DNA of 63,030 nucleotides, filler included. It is 4 parts of 4 records of this genome, joined end to end, with 100 filler letters (N's around TTAATTAATTAA, not from the genome) between each part and the next. Parts side by side here need not be neighbours in the genome. Positions count along the whole stretch, not along the records: positions 26,294 to 55,783 come from SRR31156797_11482; 3 more parts are not named here. The stretch is one strand, 5' to 3'. Under the pieces are notes generated by a model. That model saw nothing but the letters and a program-made list of their open reading frames with translations, ran no database searches and was not told the DNA's origin. This document shows positions 36,412-45,295 of the stretch, piece after piece (the first letter of the stretch is position 1; the number at the start of each line of letters is the position of its first letter). The translations under genes and the position numbers were made by a program.

Positions 36412-37512
36412 ATGGGTCTTAAATGTGGAATTATCGGGATAACCAATTCCGGAAAAACAGCGATTTTTAATTGTATATCAAAAACGAAAGGCGAGATCAC
36501 AAATTTCGCTTTCAGCACCAATAAATCCAACCTGGGAATGATTGATGTCCCTGACGAAAGGTTGTATAAGATTGACGAAATCATCAAATCAGCAAGGGTT
36601 GTTCCTGCTACGGTTGATATCGTGGATATTCCGGGCCTGGCCAAAGGATCAAGCCAGGGTGAGGGTGTTGGAAATAAGTTTCTGGCCGACATTCAGCAAA
36701 CCGATGCACTTATCCATGTTTTGCGGTGTTTCGATGATGAAAACCTGCCACATGTTGAAGGCTCCGTAGATCCGGTCAGGGATATGGAAATTGTCGACCT
36801 GGAGCTTCAGGTCAGGGATCTGGACCTGGTGCAACGCAAGATTCAACGTCTGGAAAAAATGGCCAAATCCGGCGATAAGGAAGTTAAGCGTCAGGCTGCT
36901 GAACTGCAAAAACTTGCTGATCATCTGGAAAACTTCAGCAACGCCCGTGATTTTGAAATGGACCCTGAAGATAAAAAGAAGATTGTTGACGACATGTTTC
37001 TCCTTACGGATAAACCATTGATGTATGTCTGCAATGTAGATGACGATTCGGCGGTTGATGGAAATAGTTACTCAAAAGCTGTGCAGGAAGTTCTCAAAGA
37101 TACCGGTTCGGAAGTGATTGTGGTAGCCGGTAAACTCGAAGCTGAGATAGCTGAACTGGAAGATGAAGCTGATCGTAAGGAATTTTTGGATGATGCCGGA
37201 TTAACAGAGCCTGGCGTAAACAGGATGATCCGTTCAGCATATACCATGTTAAACCTTGAGTCATTCTTTACAGCCGGCCCGAAAGAGGTAAGGGCATGGA
37301 CGGTTAAAAAAGGGTCAACAGCACCTGTGGCTGCCGGGGTGATCCACAGCGACCTGGAACGTGGCTTTATTCGCGCCGAAGTGATGAAGTATGCCGATTT
37401 TATGAAATATGGCTCTGAACATGCCGTGAAAGAGGCCGGGAAATTTCACATCGAGGGAAAGAATTACATCGTCAGGGATGGTGATATGTTAAACATCCGC
37501 TTTAACGTTTAG
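36412..37512 (+). CDS. ychF: Ribosome-associated ATPase YchF (divergent P-loop)
   Basis: DIPGL..G.S.GEG.GNKFL, FFTAGPKEVRAW, AAGVIHSD.ERGFIRAEV, C-terminal RFNV. Confidence 0.9.
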   Translation: MGLKCGIIGITNSGKTAIFNCISKTKGEITNFAFSTNKSNLGMIDVPDERLYKIDEIIKSARVVPATVDIVDIPGLAKGSSQGEGVGNKFLADIQQTDALIHVLRCFDDENLPHVEGSVDPVRDMEIVDLELQVRDLDLVQRKIQRLEKMAKSGDKEVKRQAAELQKLADHLENFSNARDFEMDPEDKKKIVDDMFLLTDKPLMYVCNVDDDSAVDGNSYSKAVQEVLKDTGSEVIVVAGKLEAEIAELEDEADRKEFLDDAGLTEPGVNRMIRSAYTMLNLESFFTAGPKEVRAWTVKKGSTAPVAAGVIHSDLERGFIRAEVMKYADFMKYGSEHAVKEAGKFHIEGKNYIVRDGDMLNIRFNV

Positions 37513-37548
37513 GGGCACGGACACCAGGGGTGTGTCCGGTAACTGGGT

Positions 37549-38376
37549 TCACAGTTGTCCGACAAGTTCAGTAAAAATCCGGGTCATTTTCTTCTCTGCT
37601 ATACTTGCCATTTCCAGGATTTCATTGATATTCACAGGTGCGAGGTTGTCCGGATCACATTCATCCGTAATCACTGAGATTGCTGAAACGGGCAGGTTCA
37701 TATGATTGGCAACCAACACTTCCGGAATGGTCGACATACCAATTACATCAGCTCCGATACGTCTCATGAATCGGTATTCAGCACGCGTTTCAAGGTTTGG
37801 CCCGGCAACTGCCGCATAAACCCCTTCATTCAATTTGATGCCCAGCTTTTCAGCAACAGCGCGTATTTTCCTGTTTATCTTTTTGTCATAAGGCTGGCTC
37901 ATGTCCGGGAACCTGGGGCCCAGTACGTCATGGTTTTTACCAATTAGCGGATTATCACCAAGTAAGTTTATATGATCGGTGATAAGCATCAACTCACTTT
38001 TGTTAAATTGAGGATTCACCGTTCCACAGGCATTGGATACCAGCAATCTCTTGATTTTTAGAAATTTCATTACCCTTACCGGAAAAGTGATTTGCTGCAT
38101 CGTATATCCCTCATAGTAGTGAAACCTGCCTTGCATGGCCAGAACCTGCTTTCCATTCAGTTTACCATAAATAAGTTTTCCGTTGTGAAACTCCACCGTT
38201 GAAACAGGAAAATGGGGAATATTTTTATAGTCGAGCTCCCTTTCAATATCTATGTTGTTTATGAGATTGCCGAGGCCAGTGCCGAGAATAATGCCGGTTT
38301 CCGGGTTAGTGATGCCATTCTCCTGAAGGTAAGTTACACTTTCGTTGATTTTATCAAGCAGACTTTCCATATTCAC
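37549..38376 (-). CDS. Purine nucleoside phosphorylase (trimeric, PNP I type)
   Basis: ILGTGLG, GRFHYYEGY, GPNLETRAE, GMSTIPE. Confidence 0.92.
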   Translation of the reverse strand: MNMESLLDKINESVTYLQENGITNPETGIILGTGLGNLINNIDIERELDYKNIPHFPVSTVEFHNGKLIYGKLNGKQVLAMQGRFHYYEGYTMQQITFPVRVMKFLKIKRLLVSNACGTVNPQFNKSELMLITDHINLLGDNPLIGKNHDVLGPRFPDMSQPYDKKINRKIRAVAEKLGIKLNEGVYAAVAGPNLETRAEYRFMRRIGADVIGMSTIPEVLVANHMNLPVSAISVITDECDPDNLAPVNINEILEMASIAEKKMTRIFTELVGQL

Positions 38377-38463
38377 AAATTAAATTGGTGGTCAAAATTA
38401 GAATTTCTAAATTAGCGCACAACAACCTAAATTGGTGATATTACATTTCAAAGCTTTGCAACT

Positions 38464-39297
38464 ATGTCGAATTCGCTTATATCAAAGGAGAAACAATTTT
38501 GGATAATTGTTATTAATTCTCTGGCTTATTTCATGTTGGCCTACATCGTTGTCATCACACTTACCAATTCATTTTCGATACTTCTCGCAAACCTCGAAGG
38601 CGTTAGCGGGAAATTATATTACTACGGATTTGATATTTTAACCAAACAAAAGCAGTGGTCATCAGAGCTTACTTTTTTAATTTTCTTTTTCGGAACCGGT
38701 TTTTCTCTTGTCCTGGGATTTATTTTTGAAAGGGCTTATAAGTACAAGCGAAGGCATTCCACGCCCTTTAAAATGTTTTATCTGTGGGGTTTCCTGTTGA
38801 GTTTTACCTATTTCTTTGGTAACATTATCGTTGGCACGTTTTTCTACTTTGGAACAGGCGTATTGTTTGTTGAGTTTTCGATGCCAGTTATTTTCAGAAT
38901 TATTGCAGGCATAATGGCATTGGTGGCGATGGCATATCTGGGGGTATACGCAACCCGCGGGCTATTGATATCCTTAAACAGTTACATGAAATTGATTGAA
39001 CGCATTGAAATGAACAGGCTGATAAAAGCTCAACTACTCTATCCGGCCATCATAGGAAATGTTTTGATTTTTTTTCTTAAAATGCCCATGTACAATTATG
39101 TGCACATGCTGGATGTTTTGATTTGGGCAACAATAATAATTCCAATAGCAGCTGTTTTTATAAACCTGCCATCACAGCAATCCATTCGCTTTAAAAGAAG
39201 AACTGTGTCCATCCGCATTTTTCCTAGGCCAATTATCCTGGTCGTAATACTGGCCTTGATTTATCGCTTAGGGTTGATCAACGGATTAGAATTTTAG
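38464..39297 (+). CDS. Multi-pass membrane protein, unknown function
   Basis: 277 aa with about 7 hydrophobic helices. Confidence 0.75.
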   Translation: MSNSLISKEKQFWIIVINSLAYFMLAYIVVITLTNSFSILLANLEGVSGKLYYYGFDILTKQKQWSSELTFLIFFFGTGFSLVLGFIFERAYKYKRRHSTPFKMFYLWGFLLSFTYFFGNIIVGTFFYFGTGVLFVEFSMPVIFRIIAGIMALVAMAYLGVYATRGLLISLNSYMKLIERIEMNRLIKAQLLYPAIIGNVLIFFLKMPMYNYVHMLDVLIWATIIIPIAAVFINLPSQQSIRFKRRTVSIRIFPRPIILVVILALIYRLGLINGLEF

Positions 39298-39498
39298 TCC
39301 TGTTTCCGTTGAGTAATTTTCCTTTATTTAGATGAAAATGCCCACCAGCCAAAGTTTTACATACTTATTAACATGCAATAGCGTATGGATTATTTCAAGT
39401 AATTTTGTTAAGCAGGTTTCAGGTATCTAAGCTTAACAGGGAAGCCTTTTATCAATTTGAACACCCGGCACCGGTATTAAGTCAGTTAGAAGAAACAA

Positions 39499-40920
39499 TT
39501 GGTGATTATTAAAATCTTTTATTTTATGAATGTCAGGGCAACGAAATTCCAGAAACAATTGTTGATATCCTGCTTTTTGATGATCAGTTTGATCTTAACA
39601 GGACAGCAAAACAAGGAGATTCCTGTGCCCACTACCCGTATCCTGTTTGTTTTTGATGCATCGCAAAGCATGTACGGCCGATGGCAAAGTGACATGAAAA
39701 TGCACATCGCTCAAAAACTTCTGGGCAATGTTCTGGATAGTTTAAAAAATATCGAAAATCTGGAAATGGCACTACGGGTGTATGGTCATCAAAAACCCTT
39801 TCCACCGCAGGATTGCGACGATACGAGATTGGAAGTTCCATTTGGAAAAGATAATGTTTCGAGGATAAAGTATAAACTTTCAACCATTAACCCAAAAGGC
39901 ACAACACCGATTGCCTATGCATTATCGCAGGCCAGCAGTGATTTTACAGCATGCGATAATTGCAGGAATATTATCATCTTGATAACCGATGGGGTAGAGG
40001 AGTGTGATGGCGATCCATGCGAGGTTTCGAAAATGCTGCAAAAGCAGGGTATAGCGTTGAAACCATTTGTAATTGGCATCGGGACGGATTTTAGTGAGTC
40101 GCTCAATTGCGTGGGGACTTATTTTCCGGCAAGCAGCGAAAAGGCGTTTACTAAGGCGTTAAATGTGGTCATTTCGCAGGCACTGAATTCTACAACAGCA
40201 CAGGTTAATCTTTTGGACGATTCAGGTAAACCAACCGAAACCAATGTAAACATGACTTTTTATGATATCGTTTCAGGGAATGTGGTTTATAACCTGGTTC
40301 ATACCTTTAACAACAAAGGCCTGCCGGATACGCTTTTGCTTGACCCACTTTTAAAATATAATGTTACCGTTCACACAATTCCGCCATTACATTTGGATAG
40401 CATTGAAATCAATCCTGGTAAGCATACCATCATTCCTTTTGATGCGGGTCAGGGATCGCTCAGTTTAAACGTTGGGGGCAATTGGAGAACCCTGAAAAAC
40501 CTGCAGGCCATTTTACGCAGACATGGTGATATGGAGACATTGAATGTTCAGAATTTTGGGACTACACGGAAATATCTGAATGGTACCTATGACCTTGAAG
40601 TACTGGGGCTGCCGCGCATTAAAATTGATAGTGTGGTGATTAGCCAGAGCCATACCACCACAATTGAAATACCCATGCCGGGGATTGCTGTAATCAAGCG
40701 AAATGTAGATGGCGTGGGGAGTTTGTATGTTGAACGTGATGGTGAGCTTGAGCTAATTTATAACCTCACTGAAGATAAAGATCATGTGGAAAACCTGGTA
40801 CTCCAGCCGGGGAATTACAGGGTCGTGTTCAGGTCGAAATGGGTTGATAAGGCAGTTTATACCATTGAGGAAAAGTTTGAGGTGAAGCCTGGTAAAACCA
40901 TCGAAATAAAATTGAATTAG
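39499..40920 (+). CDS. Secreted von Willebrand factor A domain protein (likely start ATG 39526)
   Basis: MIDAS FDASQSM, GTTPIA, ITDGVEEC; C-terminal beta domains. Confidence 0.85.
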   Translation: MVIIKIFYFMNVRATKFQKQLLISCFLMISLILTGQQNKEIPVPTTRILFVFDASQSMYGRWQSDMKMHIAQKLLGNVLDSLKNIENLEMALRVYGHQKPFPPQDCDDTRLEVPFGKDNVSRIKYKLSTINPKGTTPIAYALSQASSDFTACDNCRNIIILITDGVEECDGDPCEVSKMLQKQGIALKPFVIGIGTDFSESLNCVGTYFPASSEKAFTKALNVVISQALNSTTAQVNLLDDSGKPTETNVNMTFYDIVSGNVVYNLVHTFNNKGLPDTLLLDPLLKYNVTVHTIPPLHLDSIEINPGKHTIIPFDAGQGSLSLNVGGNWRTLKNLQAILRRHGDMETLNVQNFGTTRKYLNGTYDLEVLGLPRIKIDSVVISQSHTTTIEIPMPGIAVIKRNVDGVGSLYVERDGELELIYNLTEDKDHVENLVLQPGNYRVVFRSKWVDKAVYTIEEKFEVKPGKTIEIKLN

Positions 40921-40940
40921 TGTTGAACCAGTGAATTGGT

Positions 40941-41699
40941 TTGCAAGTAATTCAAGAATTTACAATGAATATGACTAACAATTCGAAAGAATATTTACCC
41001 GGTGAGGCATTTCTGGATGTTTCTGAGTATGATGAAGGTATTCAAAAAATAGTACCTCATTATGGTTTAATGCTGGATATCATTACCGGAAGTATTCCGG
41101 AAAGCAGCAAACTGATTTTGGATTTGGGTAGTGGTACCGGGGGTCTGGGTTTAAAGATCCTGGACAGGCTTCCGGATGTCGAACTTGTGGCAGTGGATTA
41201 TTCCGAAAGGATGACTGGATTTATGGAAGAGCAGGTTGCGAAAAAAGGATATTTGTCCAGGGTTTCATGGATCAGATCGGAATTTGAAAACCTCTCGCAA
41301 GGGAACTATCCGGAATTGAATGCCGGCACTTTTGATGCCATCGTAAGTTCGATGGCCATCCATCATTTGAATGATATTTCGAAGAAAAAACTGTTTAACC
41401 AGATTTATATTTGGCTAAAACCAGGTGGTCATTTCTGGCAGGCTGATGTGGTATTGCCATCTCATGATTGTTTCACAGATATTTTTCTGGATGCCCGCAA
41501 TAAGTGGTTGCAACAGCACAACACCTCGCGTGAAAAGATTTCAGAGCGGATGGTTCATGACAAACTGTTTAAAAAGCCTGATAACCACAATCCCGGTACA
41601 CTCAATTCGCAATTAAAAATGCTCGAAGAATCCGGGTTTAATCAAAGTGAAGTACTGTGGAAATACTTTGGACTGGCAGTATTTGGAGGAATAAAATAG
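40941..41699 (+). CDS. Class I SAM-dependent methyltransferase (CmoA-like; likely start ATG 40965)
   Basis: ILDLGSGTG, VDYSERM, FDAIVSSMAIHHL, LKPGG. Confidence 0.88.
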   Translation: MQVIQEFTMNMTNNSKEYLPGEAFLDVSEYDEGIQKIVPHYGLMLDIITGSIPESSKLILDLGSGTGGLGLKILDRLPDVELVAVDYSERMTGFMEEQVAKKGYLSRVSWIRSEFENLSQGNYPELNAGTFDAIVSSMAIHHLNDISKKKLFNQIYIWLKPGGHFWQADVVLPSHDCFTDIFLDARNKWLQQHNTSREKISERMVHDKLFKKPDNHNPGTLNSQLKMLEESGFNQSEVLWKYFGLAVFGGIK

Positions 41700-41720
41700 T
41701 TTTTCTCAAGTCTTTTTTCT

Positions 41721-44297
41721 GTGGAAAACAATCTAAACTATAATAATAACTTCTTATCCCGATTTTACGACATTGTTTATAAATATGGCGAAAAATCGGG
41801 AGTTATAACTGATAATCAAAATTATACTTTTCATCAGCTCAATGAGATATCAGACAGCATTGCAACAACTATCACCCGCTTCAGTCCCAATAACCGGAAA
41901 CCTGTTGCATTGCTTTTTGGGCCATCAGTTTTTCAGGTTGCAGCTATTATTGGCGTAATTAAAAGCGGACATCCGTTTATTCCACTGGACATTAGCTTTC
42001 CGGTTGATAGATTTCGGTATATTATCAATGATTCAAAAACTGCAATTCTCTTAACTGATAATTATTGTAGCGCTCAGACAAAATCTATAGTAGAGCATCA
42101 TTGCCACCTTGTGAATCTGGATGAGGTCAAGGATAAATATGCTAAACCAGAAATCATAAATCCTCGTCCATACGACGTTTGTGCGATCGTTTACACATCC
42201 GGATCAACCGGCAACCCTAAAGGGGTAGTACATACACACAGGAGTTTATTCACCGGAACTATAAGTACGCTGCACACAATGGGCTTTTCAAATAACGACC
42301 GGGTAATACTTGCCTCTCAATCGGCAACAATTGGTTCACTTTCGCAAACCATTTCAGCTTTCCTTAGTGGGGCGATTAGTTATCCGTTTAGTCTTTATCA
42401 TCAAAGTCTGCATGCATTGGGTAGTGAAATCACAGATAAGCATATTTCGATTTACAGTTCTACACCAACCCTATTCAGAAATTTGTGTGAAGTTTTTTCT
42501 GATAGAAATATTTTTAACAGCCTGCGGATTGTGCGCCTTGGCGGTGAGCCTGTTTTAGCATCCGACTGGCAGCTTTGCCAGGAAAAATGTGGTCATAAAA
42601 CAGTATTCCAGGTGGCTTATGGGGCCACCGAGACAAATTTAAACTGCTGTTTAAGCACTGATGCGAAAAGGGGATTTGCTTCACCTTCACAAATTTTACC
42701 TGTTGGTAAAGCAGTAGCGGGGAAAGAATTATTAATTGTTGATGAAAAAATGATACCTGTGGAGGCCGGACAGGCCGGTGAATTGCATATTTCGGGTGAA
42801 GCAGTTGCAAAAGAATACCTCAACCAGCCACATTTAACCAGGCAAAAATTTATTGAATTGACCGGGAAACACGGAATTAAAAAATCATTTTTCCGGACAG
42901 GTGATTTGGTTTTAATGAGCGAAAACGGGATGATATATTATAAAGGCAGAATTGACGACCAAATTAAAATTCATGGTAACAGGATTGAAACTGCAGAGGT
43001 TGAAGTGTGTGTGAATCAAAAGTCTGAGATAAGTGGTTGTGTAGTTAAGGCTATAAAAGATGCAACTGATAAGAGGCTTATTGCTTTTTATACAACAAGC
43101 AATCATGAGGAGTTATCTGAAGTTGAATTGCGCTCACATCTGGTTAATAAATTGCCTTCCTCTATGATTCCTGAAAGGTTTTATCATCTTAAAAAGTTCC
43201 CGTTATTACCCAATGGTAAGATTAACCGGAAAGGTCTTAAGCCTTTTGATAAGGATATAAAAGCGAGAAGTCTGGAAAAATCCAATCATTCAAAAACAGT
43301 GAAGGTATTGTTGGATATTATTTCAGATATCATTAACAAGGAAAATGTGCAGCCCGGAGATAATTTTTTTCACGTTGGTGGCAATTCGTTAAAAATGTTA
43401 CATGTGCTTGAAGCCATAAGGCTGAAATTTAAATTTGACCTTGACACTTCTGCTTTTCTTGAAAACCCGCATATAAATGAGATAGCTGCCATTATTGAAA
43501 AAAAGCAAATAAAAGCAGATACAGGCATTGTTCACCTAAATCCTGGTGTTGTAAACTATCCGGTTTTATTTATTGGTTCAGGGGCTTATGTTCGTCATTT
43601 TGCTGAAGTTGTTAAAACTAAATTTCCGGTTTATGCTGTTGAGCCACCAAATCATCCTGAAGTTTTGGCCTGGGACGGAAATCTCAATAATTTGCGGGTC
43701 GAAAAAATGAGTTCCTTTTATGTAAATTTGATTGAAAAGTACCTTATTGAAAACAAAGTAATTATTGCAGGATATTCATTTTTTGGCATCCTGGCTTTTG
43801 AGGCTGCAAGGCAACTAATTAAAAGGGGACGTGAGGTTAAGGCTTTAATTTTACTTGATAGTGTTTTTAAAATACATTCACATCCGGCTGTTGAAAAACT
43901 CGAAAAATTAAGAAGGGAAATGAATAGCGGAAGTGGTGATTCATCCGGTTTACAAAATATTGAAGATGCAGCAGGAAGATTAAGTGCCATAAAAAACAGT
44001 GCTCAAGTTGTTGAATGGAAGGATTTTGCCAACCTCGCCGAAGTTTTAAGGGTTGTTGCGAAAAAACACTATAAACCAGAACCTTTAAACTGCCCTGGAC
44101 TTCTTTTCCGTACGGATGAAACTGTATTTGTTAAAGCGTTGAAGGAATTAAATCAGGATTATGGTTGGTCTCCATTCTTTGCAGATACATTGGATATTAT
44201 CAAAATATCTTCGTTACACAACCAGTTTGTTGAGCCTTCAAAAATCCGTGAAATCGCAATGAACTTCACCGGCTGGTTGCAATCGAAAAAACTTTAG
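41721..44297 (+). CDS. Single-module NRPS-like enzyme (A-T-TE)
   Basis: A domain YTSGSTGNPKG, YGATE, GELHISG, FRTGD, GRIDDQIKIHG, LPNGK; PCP DNFFHVGGNSL; TE AGYSFFGILAFEAARQL with C-terminal His. Confidence 0.88.
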   Translation: MENNLNYNNNFLSRFYDIVYKYGEKSGVITDNQNYTFHQLNEISDSIATTITRFSPNNRKPVALLFGPSVFQVAAIIGVIKSGHPFIPLDISFPVDRFRYIINDSKTAILLTDNYCSAQTKSIVEHHCHLVNLDEVKDKYAKPEIINPRPYDVCAIVYTSGSTGNPKGVVHTHRSLFTGTISTLHTMGFSNNDRVILASQSATIGSLSQTISAFLSGAISYPFSLYHQSLHALGSEITDKHISIYSSTPTLFRNLCEVFSDRNIFNSLRIVRLGGEPVLASDWQLCQEKCGHKTVFQVAYGATETNLNCCLSTDAKRGFASPSQILPVGKAVAGKELLIVDEKMIPVEAGQAGELHISGEAVAKEYLNQPHLTRQKFIELTGKHGIKKSFFRTGDLVLMSENGMIYYKGRIDDQIKIHGNRIETAEVEVCVNQKSEISGCVVKAIKDATDKRLIAFYTTSNHEELSEVELRSHLVNKLPSSMIPERFYHLKKFPLLPNGKINRKGLKPFDKDIKARSLEKSNHSKTVKVLLDIISDIINKENVQPGDNFFHVGGNSLKMLHVLEAIRLKFKFDLDTSAFLENPHINEIAAIIEKKQIKADTGIVHLNPGVVNYPVLFIGSGAYVRHFAEVVKTKFPVYAVEPPNHPEVLAWDGNLNNLRVEKMSSFYVNLIEKYLIENKVIIAGYSFFGILAFEAARQLIKRGREVKALILLDSVFKIHSHPAVEKLEKLRREMNSGSGDSSGLQNIEDAAGRLSAIKNSAQVVEWKDFANLAEVLRVVAKKHYKPEPLNCPGLLFRTDETVFVKALKELNQDYGWSPFFADTLDIIKISSLHNQFVEPSKIREIAMNFTGWLQSKKL

Positions 44298-44299
44298 CA

Positions 44300-45295
44300 A
44301 TGAATCATTTTGAAAGATTACACTGCTGTTTGTCCGGGAAAAACATGCAAGAAATACCAGTGTCTTTTTGGCGGCATTTTCCGATGCACGATAGCTATGG
44401 ACCTGATTTTGTTAAAGCCACATTAAAATGGCAGTCTGATTACGATTTTGATTTTGTGAAAGTAATGCCTCCGGCTTCATTTAATTTAAAAGACTGGGGA
44501 AGTCGTGATGCCTATACCGGAAATGGTCTTGGCATAAGAAGGATTACACATTTCCCTGTAAGTAAGCCTGATCATTGGATAAAGTTAAAAGAATTGAATC
44601 CCTCATCAGGATATTTACACCAACACTTGAAGGCCGTTAAAGCGATTATTCAGGCATGTAAAAACAAAGTACCCGTTGTACATTCTGTTTTTAATCCTGT
44701 TGCACAAATGATAAACCTTTGTCCTCCTGATGTTTTGTGTAAGCATCTCACTGAAGAACCGCAAGCTGTTACAGAAGGTTTACGAACTATTGCGCAAAGT
44801 ACGGCCAATATGGTTTTGTGTATGGCTGAGATGGGATTGGATGGGATATTTTTTATCGTTAAAGAGCTGGATTTGCATAATCAGATGCATGTTGAGTATT
44901 TTTCAAATATTTCGAAAGGTTTCGATTTGCAATGTCTTGAGCCTGCAAAAAATCTTTGGCTCAATATCCTGCATTTACACACTTCGAAACCAAACCCTGA
45001 GTGTTTTGAAAATTATCCGGTACAGGTAAATAGTTTACATGGTTTACATGAGAAAGAAGTACTACTTCAAATAAAATCAAATACCCGGAAAGTTCTATGC
45101 GGTGGGTTGCAGCGTTTTGAAACCATGACAAGTGGCACGATCCAACAGGTGGAAGAAGAATGTGATCGTTTTGCGCAATACAATGCAACGGGGAATTATA
45201 TATTGGGTTCTGAATGTGGACTACCCATAAATACCCCTGCTAAAAACATCAACACAGCTGTTGCGTTTGCCAGAGGCAGAAATCACATAATTTAA
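44300..45295 (+). CDS. Uroporphyrinogen decarboxylase (URO-D/MtaA) superfamily protein
   Basis: PVSFWRHF, DFDFVKVM, GLDGIFF, NILHLH, YILGSECGLP. Confidence 0.8.
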   Translation: MNHFERLHCCLSGKNMQEIPVSFWRHFPMHDSYGPDFVKATLKWQSDYDFDFVKVMPPASFNLKDWGSRDAYTGNGLGIRRITHFPVSKPDHWIKLKELNPSSGYLHQHLKAVKAIIQACKNKVPVVHSVFNPVAQMINLCPPDVLCKHLTEEPQAVTEGLRTIAQSTANMVLCMAEMGLDGIFFIVKELDLHNQMHVEYFSNISKGFDLQCLEPAKNLWLNILHLHTSKPNPECFENYPVQVNSLHGLHEKEVLLQIKSNTRKVLCGGLQRFETMTSGTIQQVEEECDRFAQYNATGNYILGSECGLPINTPAKNINTAVAFARGRNHII

